Shown piece after piece: positions 13,821 through 27,336 of a DNA stretch of 64,000 bases (positions are counted from its first letter, which is position 1; each line of letters starts with the position of its first letter). Below the pieces are notes generated by a model. The model had not been told where the DNA came from. It was given only the letters and a program-made list of their open reading frames with translations, and did no database searches. The stretch is from Octopus bimaculoides (Eukaryota), in the NCBI RefSeq assembly GCF_001194135.2, contig NC_068998.1, positions 21,770,753 to 21,834,752 on the forward strand, read 5' to 3'. The position numbers and the translations under genes were made by a program.

Positions 13821-13862
13821 TGACTGACTACTTTTGACTGACTACTTTTGACTGACTACTTT
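13821..13862. repeat. 14-bp tandem repeat x3 (TGACTGACTACTTT)
   Basis: Three consecutive identical units seen directly. Confidence 0.9.
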
Positions 13863-14232
13863 ACTGTTTATCTGGATATATTACAAGCTGCATGCGATAC
13901 ATGGAAGAAATTCTGAATCAGTAACTGCAAGAAAAATGAATACGGTAATATAAGCTGTTTGATTAGATTATTAGATTTTCGTATAAAAATCAATTGATAT
14001 TTTATATCTGAAACACTCTCTTAATTTCTTATCTACCCATAAGTGTGTAAACGTACATATGTATTCATGTCTGTATTCATACATGTATGTTTGTATTTAG
14101 GTATGTATTATCTATCTATCTATCTATCTACCTATCTAATACACACACATACATGTATACATATATACATACATATATATAGATATGTATGTATATATAT
14201 ATATGTATATATCTATGTATGTATATATATAT

Positions 14233-14451
14233 NNNNNNNNNNNNNNNNNNNNNNNNNNNNNNNNNNNNNNNNNNNNNNNNNNNNNNNNNNNNNNNNNNNN
14301 NNNNNNNNNNNNNNNNNNNNNNNNNNNNNNNNNNNNNNNNNNNNNNNNNNNNNNNNNNNNNNNNNNNNNNNNNNNNNNNNNNNNNNNNNNNNNNNNNNNN
14401 NNNNNNNNNNNNNNNNNNNNNNNNNNNNNNNNNNNNNNNNNNNNNNNNNNN
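14233..14451. other. Assembly gap between (AT)n and (AC)n
   Basis: N run. Confidence 1.
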
Positions 14452-14505
14452 ACACACACACACAAACGTATCTCTTTATCTCTCTCTCCATATATATATA
14501 TATAT

Positions 14506-14569
<64 letters not shown>

Positions 14570-14754
14570 GTGTATATCAACGTGCTTGTGACAGGTATTC
14601 AACACTCACCTTAATACTCTGTATGATTTTAATTGTGCGCTTGAACTCGTGCGCGGGCGCGTGAGTGCACGCGTCTATGCGTAACTGTACTAATGCGTTT
14701 CAGTAATGTAAATCACCATTTCTATTGATTTTACGGTATAAAGTGAGTTGAGTC

Positions 14755-15730
14755 CTGTGACTGGATGACGTCTTCGTATTTTGGTACAGATTATATAGAC
14801 AACATCACTTGATATTTTAATTAAATGAATAGCATTCATGAATCGATCTAGTTTACTATGGAAATGAAAGAAAGATACCTTTCTTTTATCAGACTGTTAA
14901 CTATCTTAAGAAAATCTGACTGTTACAAAGAGTCTCTATTGCCAGGACGTACACCATTACGCAGATTTTAGAGATCGGAAGCCATTCCACATCAAAAGAA
15001 AACACCGCCTTTGATATGGCAAGATTCATATGTTCAATAGTTAAGAACAGAAATAGACGACACTACTGGTAGAACTAAATATATCTCTTCTGAATCAACA
15101 TACGCTCGAAAAACTTAGTGAATAAGGCCGTAATCACGGTAAAAAAAAAGATCCCAATTTCTGTCTTATGAACAAGTTCCCAGAACCAGGCTGGAGAGAG
15201 AAAGAAAAAAATATTCGATCCGAGAAAACAAAATATCTTACATTCGGTATAAAAAGACTATCTTTCAATCCTACAACAACCATCAAATCTCTAAAGAGTA
15301 ATTAAAGAATCAGAAATTATCAACAGCCGAAGGCAACTACCAATACCTAAAAGTCTCTTCACAAACGCGAAATTCATATTAGAGAGAGAAATAATGCCGG
15401 TAACAAAATGTGGAAACCTTCGTTCTGGGATCTGTGAAAAATTGTTTAGTCCCGAAGAATAAGTAAAGACCAAACAATGAAAAAAATAAAGCCAATGAAG
15501 AATAGGATGGAGTTGAAGATAATGCCAATATAAGTTGCAAGGCAAACATGCTCATTAACTGCAACATATGCCCACGGTAAAATGAGATTTATGTCGGCTA
15601 AATATAATTAATATATCAGGTTAGGCAATAAATCAAAGAATCATGCCTTTAATATGTTTTCTGGATGGTCACATTTTTATGCCAAGTAAGGAAACTTACA
15701 AAACAAATACATTAAAATTTCCTTCATTTT
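14755..15730 (+). mobile_element. Penelope-like element remnant (RT C-terminus, linker, GIY-YIG endonuclease)
   Basis: Plus translation pieces LDDVFVFW (RT catalytic), MNSIHESI*FTME, PFHIKENTAFDMARFICSIV, IINSRRQLPIPKSLFTNAKF, PVTKCGNLRSGICEKL (Cys linker) and a degenerate GQT..R motif; heavily decayed. Confidence 0.75.
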
Positions 15731-18700
15731 AAAACAAAGGATTAGAATCATTTAATTCAAAAGACAGATTCTAAATCCAAAACTAAACCGGAAATAGACA
15801 GCAAAATGCATATTACGAACTCGAAAACATAGAACTTAAACCAGTAAAAAAAATTAAATGTAGCTCTACCACAATAAATCACCTACGTTTCTGAAACTAT
15901 ACATTGTACACATTTTCGATATTCACCCATTTTGCTTACATTGTGACATTTCCTCTTTATTCTTACGAAGGTTACTGACCAAACATCCACTTCCTTGGAA
16001 TATCCTTCCAAGAAGTCATATTCTGGTAGGCAATGTTAGTAACTGAAAACTAACTATGTTGCACATTCTTTTTATATCCGTGTCCAGGAAAACAAGCAAA
16101 ATTTCTATTAGGCGTTAGGTCCGTTGTCATATAATTGATTTTGATCAAAGTCGACCATAGAAAGTTGATAGGTGGCGTCTTTTAAAAAAATATGGGCTGT
16201 AATATTGAAATTTAAATCTGATATCACCTTTATTGGTTTGCACGGCTACATGATTCTCAATGCCACAAGTTTCAATTCCGTAGACGAATTTATATTTCTT
16301 TTTCAATATCGGCCACCATGCATGGCCACAGCTGACAAAATCAAGTTAAGAGTAGCAGGAAATTCAGGATAATTTCATTTATTTCCAGTATGTTAACACA
16401 ATGTGAGGAGCGGATAAACTTATAAACTTATTACAGCACGTAAGAAACATGATTCGAGTATAGTATTGATGATAATTGTGTAAGCCTTGGAGTCAAAAAG
16501 TTTCTGGCATCTCGGGAAGAAAATTCTTTTTTCAATTAAGACATTTTCGTTCTCAGATAGAATGTCATTCGTATAAAATTTGAACCAGCATTTTAACTTC
16601 GTATACGAATATACCAAAACTGAAATTTTTCAGTTACACATAATATAATAACAATGATCTGGTAAAGAGAAGACTGTCAAAACTCACAAAGTTTAACTTT
16701 TACTTCAATCTTGAATTTTCAATCAAGATTTCCAGCACGAACAATTAAAGTCACAAAGTCACAAATTGCATGGACATAGAACCGATATAACTGATCTTAA
16801 TGTTTACTTGCTATCAATTTTTACTCATTCATTCACAAATGGAATCCATTGGGATTTGAATATAAATAATTAGACTATTATTATATATACATGTAGTATT
16901 GTAATGATTCGCATGCGACTTGTAGATTGTAAACATACTGGAACTAATTAAGAACTGCCCTAAACATTTTCTATATAAATGCAGTACAGTACACAACATT
17001 AATCATCATTAGCTTTCACTTGTGTTACATTGCCTTACCATTACACATACGCTTAAAATATAATCGTCGATTTTATCATAGAATCAACTGAAAGGTTTGA
17101 TATCCTACGAAAGGTGAGGTTATATCTATCTATATATCTATATATCTATCTCAAGCTATGCATTTACACACAAACATACACACTCAAAGATGCATACACA
17201 TACACATGCTGAAATATAGTCAGGTAGATATTAAAAGAGATATGGATCGGTAAATAAATACAAAATAAAAGTCAATTGATTCTTACATCAAGAGCAGCAC
17301 AATTCTGAATTCTCAGAAAGCCACTATTAATTAAGTTAGGGATTCTTCCATAATTATTGCCATTCTAATCTTACTTAAATCCTTGTAATATTATGACTTA
17401 CTTGTTTTCCTTAATCACAAAGAACTATACGGAACTATACGGAACTTTAATAAAGTGTTTCTAACGATTTAACAAACCCTAAAGTAATGGTGTGTCATAG
17501 TTCATGAAAATAACGAAGATTATAATGAGTTGGACACGGAGAGCACCCTAACGAGGTGAATGAGAACAACGACGATGACGTCGACTAGCAAGCCGGCGAT
17601 GAATACTCATGATGATGAGTAGGAGGAGGTGGAAGAGGAGGGGAGGAAGATGATGATGACAACGTTTACGACTATGAAATTTAGAACTGAGGAGACGTAT
17701 GTAAGGAACAGATGTGATGATTATAAAAATGTACCTGAAAAAACGTGAGTGCCATTCTGCTCTGGTGTCTTACGATGCTCTGTAGGTTTATGTTGTTTTT
17801 AACAATGATATTTATTTAGTTTTAAATTCAGAGGTGATGTTGCCAATCTTAACACTTCTGAAGAAGTATATAACACGTAATAACGACGACTTTGCAACTA
17901 ATGCCTCCAACGGATGTGGTGACGACAGTAGAAAGAAAATTAGCCGTCAAAGTGCAGTAAAATCTTGCGTAATAATAATTTATAAACATTGACGCGTAAC
18001 GTGTAGAAGCGACAGTTTATAACAGAGAACCTAATAACAGCATTTTATTTTTCTTTGTTTGGCATCATAGTTGCGTTACGGGAGAGTTTGATAATAATAT
18101 AAATCAATTATTTTCCAAACAGTCAAAAACTTGTTTTGTTTTTCAGAATGTCTGCATCTCGTAACAAACGTTTTCATTAATCGTTGCAAATTACTGTGAT
18201 TATTCAGAGGATGGTGCAATGCGAAAATAAGTCTAATGATGTGTAAAATAACATTCTTAATGCCTTTTAAAGTATGAAAAATTGAACTATCAAGTAATAG
18301 AATAACGGACAATTTCACCGTCTGTTTATGCACTTTGATGTGTGTATGTCGTACATCGATCTCTACTAATATATTCTTCGGCAGAATTATATGATTGTGT
18401 AGCTATTACTGGAGAGGAGACACAAATGTTTATCTTAGATATGGTTAGAAATATCAGAAAGGGTGCAGTTTATTTTAGTTCTAAGATGCTTTCAAGGAAG
18501 ATCGGAAGAAGATATATGGAATGCCATCGTTGGAACTTTAAATAAAATTACACTATCAATTACCGAACAGTGTAAATTTTAAATAGCAATTACATAGCAT
18601 TATTTATAACTGTAAATATGTTGATTTAAATACCGGGGCTGTAGTTACCCATTCTATAAGTTGTAAAGCTGTGCTGCTGTGAGATATCTGGAAGGAAACG

Positions 18701-19214
18701 TTTGAAATCATTTCTAATGGCCTTATAATAGTAAGCGCTATCGATTTTTTAATGACAATAAGTGAATGCGAGATATCGTACAGACATCCGTATCTTTCAT
18801 GAATAGTTACCTCAAGGAAGACTGTATAGTGATATATGTATACAGTGCCTGACTAAATGTTTAGCTGTAACTCTTACACCTATGCCTGTTTTCAAATGTT
18901 CCCTGAATGAAATCATTCACAATATTTCCAAAGGATCGGCTAAATAGATCTACTTGTTGCGGATTCACTTAAAATGATTACATTCCTACCCATATAGGTT
19001 TTGGTCAACTGGTTGGGAAAAAATAACAATGTATACAGTCTCAATGGTAGAATGCGAGGGCAAAACCAGTACGATAATAATTTTGATACTCAATGTTTTC
19101 AAGTTAATAATTTATAAAACTGACCTTGCATTTAATTATTGAGATTGCAAACTATATATAAAAGTAATATACTAGTTTAATTTAAACTGTTTATATAAAT
19201 ATCTTCAACAAACG

Positions 19215-19640
19215 CAGGTGCGGCTGTGAGGTAAGAAACTTGCTTCCCAGTCACATGGTTCAGGGTTCAGATCCACTGTGTGGCACATTAGCCAAGTGCC
19301 TTGGGTCGACCAAATGCTTGTGAATGGATTTGGCAGACGGAAGCTGAAATAAGTCCGTCGTATATGTTTGTATATATATATATATATATATATATACGTG
19401 GGTGTGTATCTATGTGTGTGTGAGTCTTTATGTCTGTGTTTGTCCTCTTATCACCGCTTGACAACCATTATTGGTGTCTTTATGTCCCTGTAAACTAGCA
19501 GTTCGGCAAAAGGGGCAGATAGAAGAAGTGATAGGCTTAAACAATAAGTCACCCGGGGTAAATGTGTTCGGCTGAAACCCTTCAAGGCGGTAATCCAGAA
19601 TGGCGGCAGTCAAATGACTGAATCCAGTAGAAGAATTAGA
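19215..19640 (+). mobile_element. Abundant tRNA-derived SINE family A with an internal (AT)/(GT) tract, full length
   Basis: GGTGCGGCTGTGAGGTAAGAA..GGGTTCAGATCCACTG head, TTGGGTCGACCAAATGCTTGTG body, and tail ..GGCGGCAGTCAAATGACTGAATCCAGTAGAAG; several homologues in the window. Confidence 0.9.
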
Positions 19641-19669
19641 CGATGGAAAATCCTTTCAATAATTATATA

Positions 19670-19860
19670 TTTTGTCCTTTATTTGGCTCAGTAATACTAG
19701 GGCACCGTCTTAAAGGGCTTAGTTGAGCAAATGACCCACAGTACTGAATTTGTTTAGGCCTGATATTATTATATCGACTTCATTTGCTCAACCACTATGA
19801 TACACAGGCAACTCAACATCGGTTGTTAAGTGGACGTGGCGAGCGTACAAAAAACACGCA
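19670..19860 (-). mobile_element. SINE family A, 3' half, old copy inverted relative to 19215-19640
   Basis: Reverse complement of the family A tail (CAACATCGGTTGTTAAG, GGGCACCGTC..AGTTGAGCAAATGACC). Confidence 0.7.
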
Positions 19861-19880
19861 CTCACACACTTATAGAGATG

Positions 19881-19992
<112 letters not shown>

Positions 19993-20267
19993 AATAAATT
20001 AAATTTCCAGGGATATATCATCCACGTAGATACCGTGTCTGCTGTCAGGTCAGTTCCAGATGCCTCCTAACACAACGGTCCTTATTCGATGCCCATGCCT
20101 ACAATAAATTGTGAGACATTGGTACATTTTCTCGTTGGGTGATACCCTGTCTCCTACTGAGGTTCCGTAACGTGTAAAACAACATTAATAATAAGGAGAA
20201 AGATTCGCACATCGATATTTATTTGACAGTTATTTACACCATATTATTATTTACAACATATTACTAA

Positions 20268-20351
20268 GACCTATACGTGTTTCCACGGCAGCAACTGTAC
20301 ACAGTTGCAGATGCAAGCTTGCAATATTGTCAGCACAGTTTCATCAGGGTC
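20268..20351 (-). ncRNA. Degenerate type I hammerhead ribozyme motif with enlarged stem II (Penelope-associated)
   Basis: Minus strand: GACC-CTGATGA-(57 nt)-GAAAC-ACGT-ATA-GGTC. Stem I GACC/GGTC pairs; stem III has one mismatch relative to an ACACGTGT palindrome. Confidence 0.5.
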
Positions 20352-21824
20352 CGTAAATTCGGCCTGCTTTGAGTTAATATGAATAAAGAAAGTGTTTGTC
20401 GTTTAGAGTTCAGCTGCAGTTAGGGGTGTTGCTATTAATAGGAATTTGACCTAGATTCCACCCCTGCCGCAGTTGTAGGTGGAGCAAACTCTTAAATAGG
20501 TCAAGTTTGGGTTTTTTGTTTTTGTAATGTTCTTAATAATACCTAATAGTTCTTCATATTTCCTCATAGTGTAGTGTTCTTAATATTTTCCTAATAGAAC
20601 TATTAGGAAATATGATAATACTTGTTGTATTCAGTACATTGTCTATATAGAAGAATTTAGTTAGCTTTCATTCATTTTGGGGATTTTGTTTACTGTTTTA
20701 TTAATAGTGTGTTGTGTAATGTTTTCATTTAGACTGCCAAACGTCCATTTGGGGTGTAGCACGAATCCACTGTAATATTTTTAAAATGAAACCTGTTGCA
20801 GAATGATATTAAACATCAGAAACACGAGAAGGAAATATTGATTATGAAATATAGACTCTGGATCTTTTAGAATTTCTGAACACATTTTAAGAGATGATTT
20901 ATCAAAACAAATTTGCAATTGATATGCTTTGAAATTATTATCGTTTCATTTATATAGTTGTTACTCATTTTAATAGCAATAGTGCTATCGAATAATTCAG
21001 AAAATTCAAAGGAAAAAAAACCATTGAAACAGTTTTCTATTAGTATCATTCTGTTTAGTGGGTAATATTCGATAGTGTAAATGTATATATATTCATATTT
21101 TTCTCCAAAATATGCATGCTATTGTGTGTATATATGTACACCCACATGCACAGCCACACACGGCCATACATACACACGCATGCACGCGCACACACGCATG
21201 CGCGCTCACACATGCACACACATACACATCTTTGAGCTTGGTGTGCATAATCGTTTACTTTTTATAAATTATGTCAAATACAAGATTTTATTTCAGTAAC
21301 TGAACACCGCTTCTATTCAGCTTGCTCATACATGTGGTATCCATGACTTCCTGTTTAGGTCTCAATTCTTATTCTTCTATTCATAAATGATGAAATGTTT
21401 TCCTCTTTCAACTTTCGCTATTGTTGTTACATCCATGGTCAAGGATGCACTGCCAATTTTCATTATAAATCTTTATTCTTTGAGTTCAAATTCGTAGGAA
21501 GATTTTCTGCTATCTATGAAATATTTAAAAAATTTAAATGGTTCTTCATGTGCTCTAAAGCGCTGCGTTGTAGGTCACACGTATTATATCTCTACAAATT
21601 GTTTCACTTCTCTTCACTAAACAAATATTATGCGTTCATGTTGTAGATACGCATGCATATAATATCATCTTCCTATAATTAAGTTTACCATTGGAAAATT
21701 TCTGCTTTATTATGTATTATATATTAAAACTAGTAATATTCAAATAAACATATCTCTAACTTAATAACCTCCATAACAGTCAGTTCAGCATTAAGCTATC
21801 ACATTCTAATGATATTTTCAGTTG

Positions 21825-22420
21825 GAATAAGCTTGCGGCATGTTCGAACTGGGAAACACTGCGTTTTATCATGGAGAATATATCTCGTTTGTTGACAAAT
21901 GGTGTGTATAGAACTAGAGCAGCTCACAGGCTGTGAAATTCCAGCATTTCGGAGTTGTTATCTTCGGTCACAGATAGTTAGCAGGCGGCACTACGAGATG
22001 ATTGAAGAGATTGACTCTCTGATTGCTTTTGCAGTCACCTTTCGGTGACTGATGGCGCTATACGGCGGCTCACCGAAAGTAAATTACAATCTCTTTAATT
22101 TTACTAATCACTGCTCAGCACTCCCCCTCTGCAATTTAATTACGATGAGCCAACGTACAGCACTACCAATCACCTTATGGTGACTGGAAATGCATAAACG
22201 AAGAAATCTCTTCAATCAGCTCATAGCGTCGCCTCCGTAGAGTTTGTGACAGAAGAGGAGATAGCTACTCCTGTAAACTAGCATCTCACAGTTTCGGTAG
22301 GTGGCGCTGCGAGTTAATCTAGATGTATACACACCAATTGTCAACAAATGAGACCAATTTCCAGTGACAAAACGCAGTGAGCAGCTTGTTCCCCAGTTCG
22401 AACATTCCCCAAGCATATTC
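21825..22420. mobile_element. Foldback/MITE-like element with about 230-250 bp imperfect inverted arms
   Basis: Left arm 21825-22051 aligns to the reverse complement of 22167-22420 (e.g. ATGTTCGAACTGGG, TTTGTTGACAA(A/T)TGGTGTGTATA, TGATTGAAGAGATT). Confidence 0.8.
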
Positions 22421-24088
22421 AGGTTGATAAAAACTTTTTCAAGTTTATTTATCACTACCTAGCACCTGCCCTCTGTAACAAACTATTATAATCTTATATA
22501 CAACACCTTTCCTTAGAAATCGTGAAATTAATTCACATTGATTAATCAAGGAATAAATTTTATTCCTGAAACATTCGCTGCTGATATCTAGATGGCTTGC
22601 CTTAATATAATTGTCAAAGAGCTGAGGTTTTCACTCTGTTGTTTACCAAGAGAATATTCAGCAAACTCAACCGGGGTTTACTAATGGCTATATCAAGTAA
22701 AATCAATGTAATTGCATGCTTGTTCAAGAGAGACCATTGAGGTGCTTTGTACTTCTCGTTCATTGAAGCTTTCCCATATTTTTTTCGCAAACTACTTCAA
22801 GCGTTTTTCCTTATTACGAAATTGAACCCTAACAATGGAAGCCAAACCGGAATTAATAGAATACATTGCAGAAAATATGTATATAAGACCATTCACATTT
22901 TACTGACGATATAACACGTAAAATAAAAACTGTCATCTGATGTAATGCATTGAAATATTTCTGGCATTAAGAATATTTTCAGGATATTTGCAATTCTCAA
23001 CATGTTTCCAAAGAATTTTATGTACACGTCTGCATACTATCTCATACAGCTCGTATGGGGAAACTAAAACCTTTAGATTATAAAACCTTTAGAAGAAAAC
23101 TTGTTTCCATGAAGTGTGTGATATCAACTCATCTTCATGTCAAATTTTTCAGGTTATGTCTGTAATGAGATTTTCATAATATATTTGCCACAAAATATCT
23201 TGAAAATTTTTATTACACTTTGCAGCGTTTCGCTCTTCGCTATGTTACTTGATCAGATAATTCAGCTCCTTAAAATTTATATCTCGTAAATCGCGTTCGA
23301 AGGTTTGATACATTCGAAATCTTAAGTTATTTTCTATCAGTTATAGTTTTTATTTCTCATACGTTTCGGAACACTTTCAACACATATTAAATATGATAAA
23401 CATAAATATAGTTATTTTTTTTTTTTTTAAATGTCCGATTTAACGGAAATAGATAGTTAATTTTAGTACACCCTCTATGTATGATTACATACAAGACTGA
23501 ACATGTAAACTTACGCTTAATATTCTTAGTAAACGCACAATACTCAGAACTACATATATCAATTTCATGTATGATACCAATCTAACCTTCTCTCTATTTT
23601 GCAACTATATACTCAACAACCAAGATATGTGTAAATAAATAAGTGCTGTTGTCCTTAATATGATACCAATGACAATGTCCATAAAATTTTAACGTAACAT
23701 TAATTCTGAAAGATAGAAACATGATATTTATCGTATAAATATTTAATATCAGGAAAATGACGTAACATAGCAACGACCATAATTTAGACAACATGACGAT
23801 GACATTTAAACTAACCAAAATCCAAAGTAATAATTGGACAAAATTTGGTATAAGAACGATATCAGTCCATCCCGCTGAGTCGATTAAGAAAGCAATATAT
23901 TTAGAAATTCGGAAAGCAAGTCTAGATTGAAAAATCTTGTATATATGTAAAAAGAAACTCATCTTATAACACAAAAGAAGGACATGTTGAATGCGTAGTG
24001 ATTTTCTTCAATACTTATTTGCATACATGCAATGTATACCTTCACACTCATATATATATTTCAACACACACACACACGCACACACACA

Positions 24089-24125
<37 letters not shown>

Positions 24126-24215
24126 TCTCCCTCTCCCTCTCCCTCTTTCTCTCTCTCTCTCTATATATATTTATATATATGTATATCTATATGTATGTAT
24201 GTATGTATATATATA

Positions 24216-24304
24216 NNNNNNNNNNNNNNNNNNNNNNNNNNNNNNNNNNNNNNNNNNNNNNNNNNNNNNNNNNNNNNNNNNNNNNNNNNNNNNNNNNNNN
24301 NNNN
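24216..24304. other. Assembly gap within an (AT)n repeat
   Basis: N run. Confidence 1.
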
Positions 24305-24341
<37 letters not shown>

Positions 24342-24871
24342 TAATGCAGTAGGATAAGTTGAGCGAAATTAGTAAATTCGCTCGGTGGCATAGAAACGCC
24401 GTGTAAAGAAAATACAGATGACTCAATAATTGATCAATAAAATTTATTAATAAATGCACTAAAACAGTTCGTCCTATATCGAGATCTGAGAGAATATTCT
24501 CATACGATGACAGGTGCTATACAATTCCATTTCAAAGCAACGAACATTGCTGATAATGCGATAATCAAATCGTATTAATCAAAACAACTGGAAGAGGTGC
24601 TCGAGTGCAACAGTTGTCTAAGAGGCATATCGGGTTCGTTTCCCTAAAATTATGAATGTCTTTTAGCCGACACCAATCTTCTTTTATCAGCTACACACAA
24701 CTATTAATTGACTATGTAGAGGATTTAGTTCAATATAGTTCTCCCTCAACCCTTCTCTTTGCCACACGCGCACACACGGACAGAAATCCACACATACTCA
24801 CACAAACATTTATATGTATATGTGTGTGTGAGTGTGTGTGTGTATATATATATTTATATATATACATACAT

Positions 24872-25245
24872 GTAGGCGTGGTTGTGTGGTAAGAAGCCTG
24901 CTTTCCAACAACATGATTTAGGATTCAGTCCCAGTGCGTGACAAATTTGGGTAGTGGCTTCTACCATAGCCTCGGACTAACCAAGGACATTGAATATATC
25001 GGTGTGCGTGTGTGTTTGGGTGGTGTGGATGTTTGTGTTTGTTTGTTTCTGTGTTTGTTCCACAACACCTCCAATTCACAATTGACGTTGGTGTGTTTAA
25101 GTCTTCGTAACATGACGGTGCGGTGAAGCATAACGATAGTATCAGGCTTAAAAAGTATATACTGGAGATTAATGCGTTCGACTAGTATATTTAAAGGTAT
25201 TGTCCTTCCATGGCTTTCGCTTAATGACTGGAAGAAATAAAAGAT
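24872..25245 (+). mobile_element. SINE family A, diverged full-length copy
   Basis: GTAGGCGTGGTTGTGTGGTAAGAAG..GGATTCAGTCCCAGTGCGTG head and a recognisable tail. Confidence 0.8.
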
Positions 25246-25364
25246 AAAAAATATATATACATATATATTATAGATAGATACATACATATATGCAACGAAC
25301 TCTCGCGCACACTGATATTTAAGCATGCAACGTTTCCCGCAACACCAACCTAAGAACTAATAAG

Positions 25365-25687
25365 CTATCACTGGGTATGTTACAACGACCTGGGTTCTAG
25401 TTGATTCGATCAACAGAACTGCCTGCTCGTGAATTTAAAGTGCAACTGGCTGAGCACTTCACAGAGACTCGTAATCTTAATGTCGTTCTCAGTGGCATGC
25501 ATCAGATCATAGAATGTGTTGAGGCTGGACCTTTTGAAATACGGGTACTGCTCAATTTTGCCAGTTGAGTGGATTTAGGGCAACGCGAAATAAAGTGTCT
25601 TACTCAAAGACAAAACTCATGAACAGGAATCGAACTCAGAATCTAACAATTGCGAACTGATTTCCATAAACAGCAAGCCACACGCCT
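25365..25687 (-). mobile_element. tRNA-derived SINE sharing its 3' half with the 27428/63449 family but with a different head and core
   Basis: Plus strand GATCAACAGAACTGCCTGCTCGTGAATT..GGCTGAGCACTTCACAGA matches the tail at 63490-63560; the head carries GAGTTCGATTCC (B-box) and a GAGTAAGACACTTTATTTCGCGTTG core. Confidence 0.75.
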
Positions 25688-26632
25688 TCACCAAAGAGCA
25701 TGATGTTGTATGTATGGAACACTGTAAATATGCAGTATAAATGTCAGTGTATGAAAGCCTATTTTATATACATATTTTCCTTATTTATGTTATAAACTCG
25801 ATGTATGAAATTATTCAATGTGTCATGAGAAAAGATTACATTTTAAGGGCTGAATTAACATTATAACTTACCCAGAACTTCGTCCGTATATTGTCAGATA
25901 ATTTTGTCGGTGAATTCTTTGCTCTACTAATGCCACGGACATAATAAACGATTTATACGCAAATGTGCACCACTTCACTCTCAGGCATATTAATATTAAA
26001 TCACGCAGTACGTGTATAGCCCAATAGAAACATACGAGAGAAATTTAATATTTATGCGCCTTAGAAAATAAAATAATTCTCGTTTAGAAACCTGGAATAT
26101 ATTTAGAGGAATTTAGATACTGCTAAATTGAAAACATCCATATATGTATGCATATAAATAAATAGATTAATAAATATGTGTGTGAGTGTGTGTGTGCATG
26201 TATACATATGTATGTGTGAGTGTGTGTTCATATAATAATAAATAAATAAATATATATATATATATTTATATATGTATCTATGTATATATATGTATATGTG
26301 TGTGCATATATATAATAAAGTATTCCTCTATTACACTTGACAGTAGTTGCATAACAGGAGTCAGATGAACATCAACTAGTTTAAAGTAGACGGTTTAAGT
26401 TAAAATATGAACAGGGTTAAATATATTGACTTAATATTACATACATATGTGAATACAAAAATGCAATTTTATATAGGCAGCTATTTGTGTGTACATTGAG
26501 AAAGATGAACATCTGCACATAAATATTCACCTTTAATCATAAAAACATAAAACCCCGAATAGGTATGTACCAATGGATGTATTTGTATGATTGTGAAATA
26601 ATATGCAAAAATGGAATGTTTTGTATGTTTAG

Positions 26633-26671
26633 AATTGAAAGAGCATACGAGAATATTAAGGCAACAATTTG
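26633..26671 (+). CDS. Candidate small exon 1 of an unidentified host gene (LKEHTRILRQQF), speculative
   Basis: Acceptor TTTTGTATGTTTAG, weak donor G|GTTTAT; phase 1-1, joins in frame to the 38211 candidate. Confidence 0.2.
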
Positions 26672-26765
26672 GTTTATGTACACGTTTACACCCTTGAAAC
26701 ACTTGGTCTTTCATAAACACGTATCTACATTTTATTTCTCTTTCTAGGCATTTAATTCCATGTCA

Positions 26766-26822
<57 letters not shown>

Positions 26823-26950
26823 GTCTGTCTCTATGTCTATCTGTCTCTATCTCTGTCTGTCTCTATGTCTGTCTGTCTCTATGTCTGTCTGTCTAGCTAT
26901 CTATCTATCTGTCTGTCTGTATGTCTATCTATCTGTCTTCCTGTCTACCT
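26766..26950. repeat. (CTAT)n grading into a (CTGT/CTAT)n tetranucleotide repeat
   Basis: Seen directly; explains the YLSI-type ORFs. Confidence 0.95.
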
Positions 26951-27118
26951 ACCTATGTAATGGAGTTTTGGCTGTTATGATAATAGTACTTGTTAATCAT
27001 AGGATTATTGGCGGTACTAGGTACATTTAACGATGTTTGTATTATTATTATAGAATAGATCCAGTTTCTTATTGTTAGAAAAAGAGATTATCCTAGAGAT
27101 TTGGAGAGACTGAAAATC

Positions 27119-27336
27119 TGTTATATCGCACGTTAGGATGGCGTGCCTTCGCCAACAACCTACCTCTACTCAACTACCGAACTCTCACTTCCGACAACTC
27201 GATTCAACAGAACTCGACGTCTACTCTACCGAGGGCTCCGGCTCACTCTACGCGACGCTTCTTTGTCTAGCTATCACGTCCACTATTTATACATATTGGA
27301 CTAGCCTACTTATCGTCAGGGGGCGTCCACACAACA
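27119..27336 (-). mobile_element. Solo LTR (218 bp) of an LTR retrotransposon
   Basis: TG...CA termini with TGTT/AACA inverted ends, an exact 5-bp TSD AAATC (27114-27118 and 27337-27341), a TATAAATA box about 45 nt from the minus-strand start, and GC content above the flanks. Confidence 0.8.

Noticed and set aside
15962-15984. CTTACGA-AGGTTACTGACC-AAAC downstream of the Penelope ORF as a hammerhead
   Set aside because: Position and stem II fit, but both core halves are mutated and no stem I is evident.
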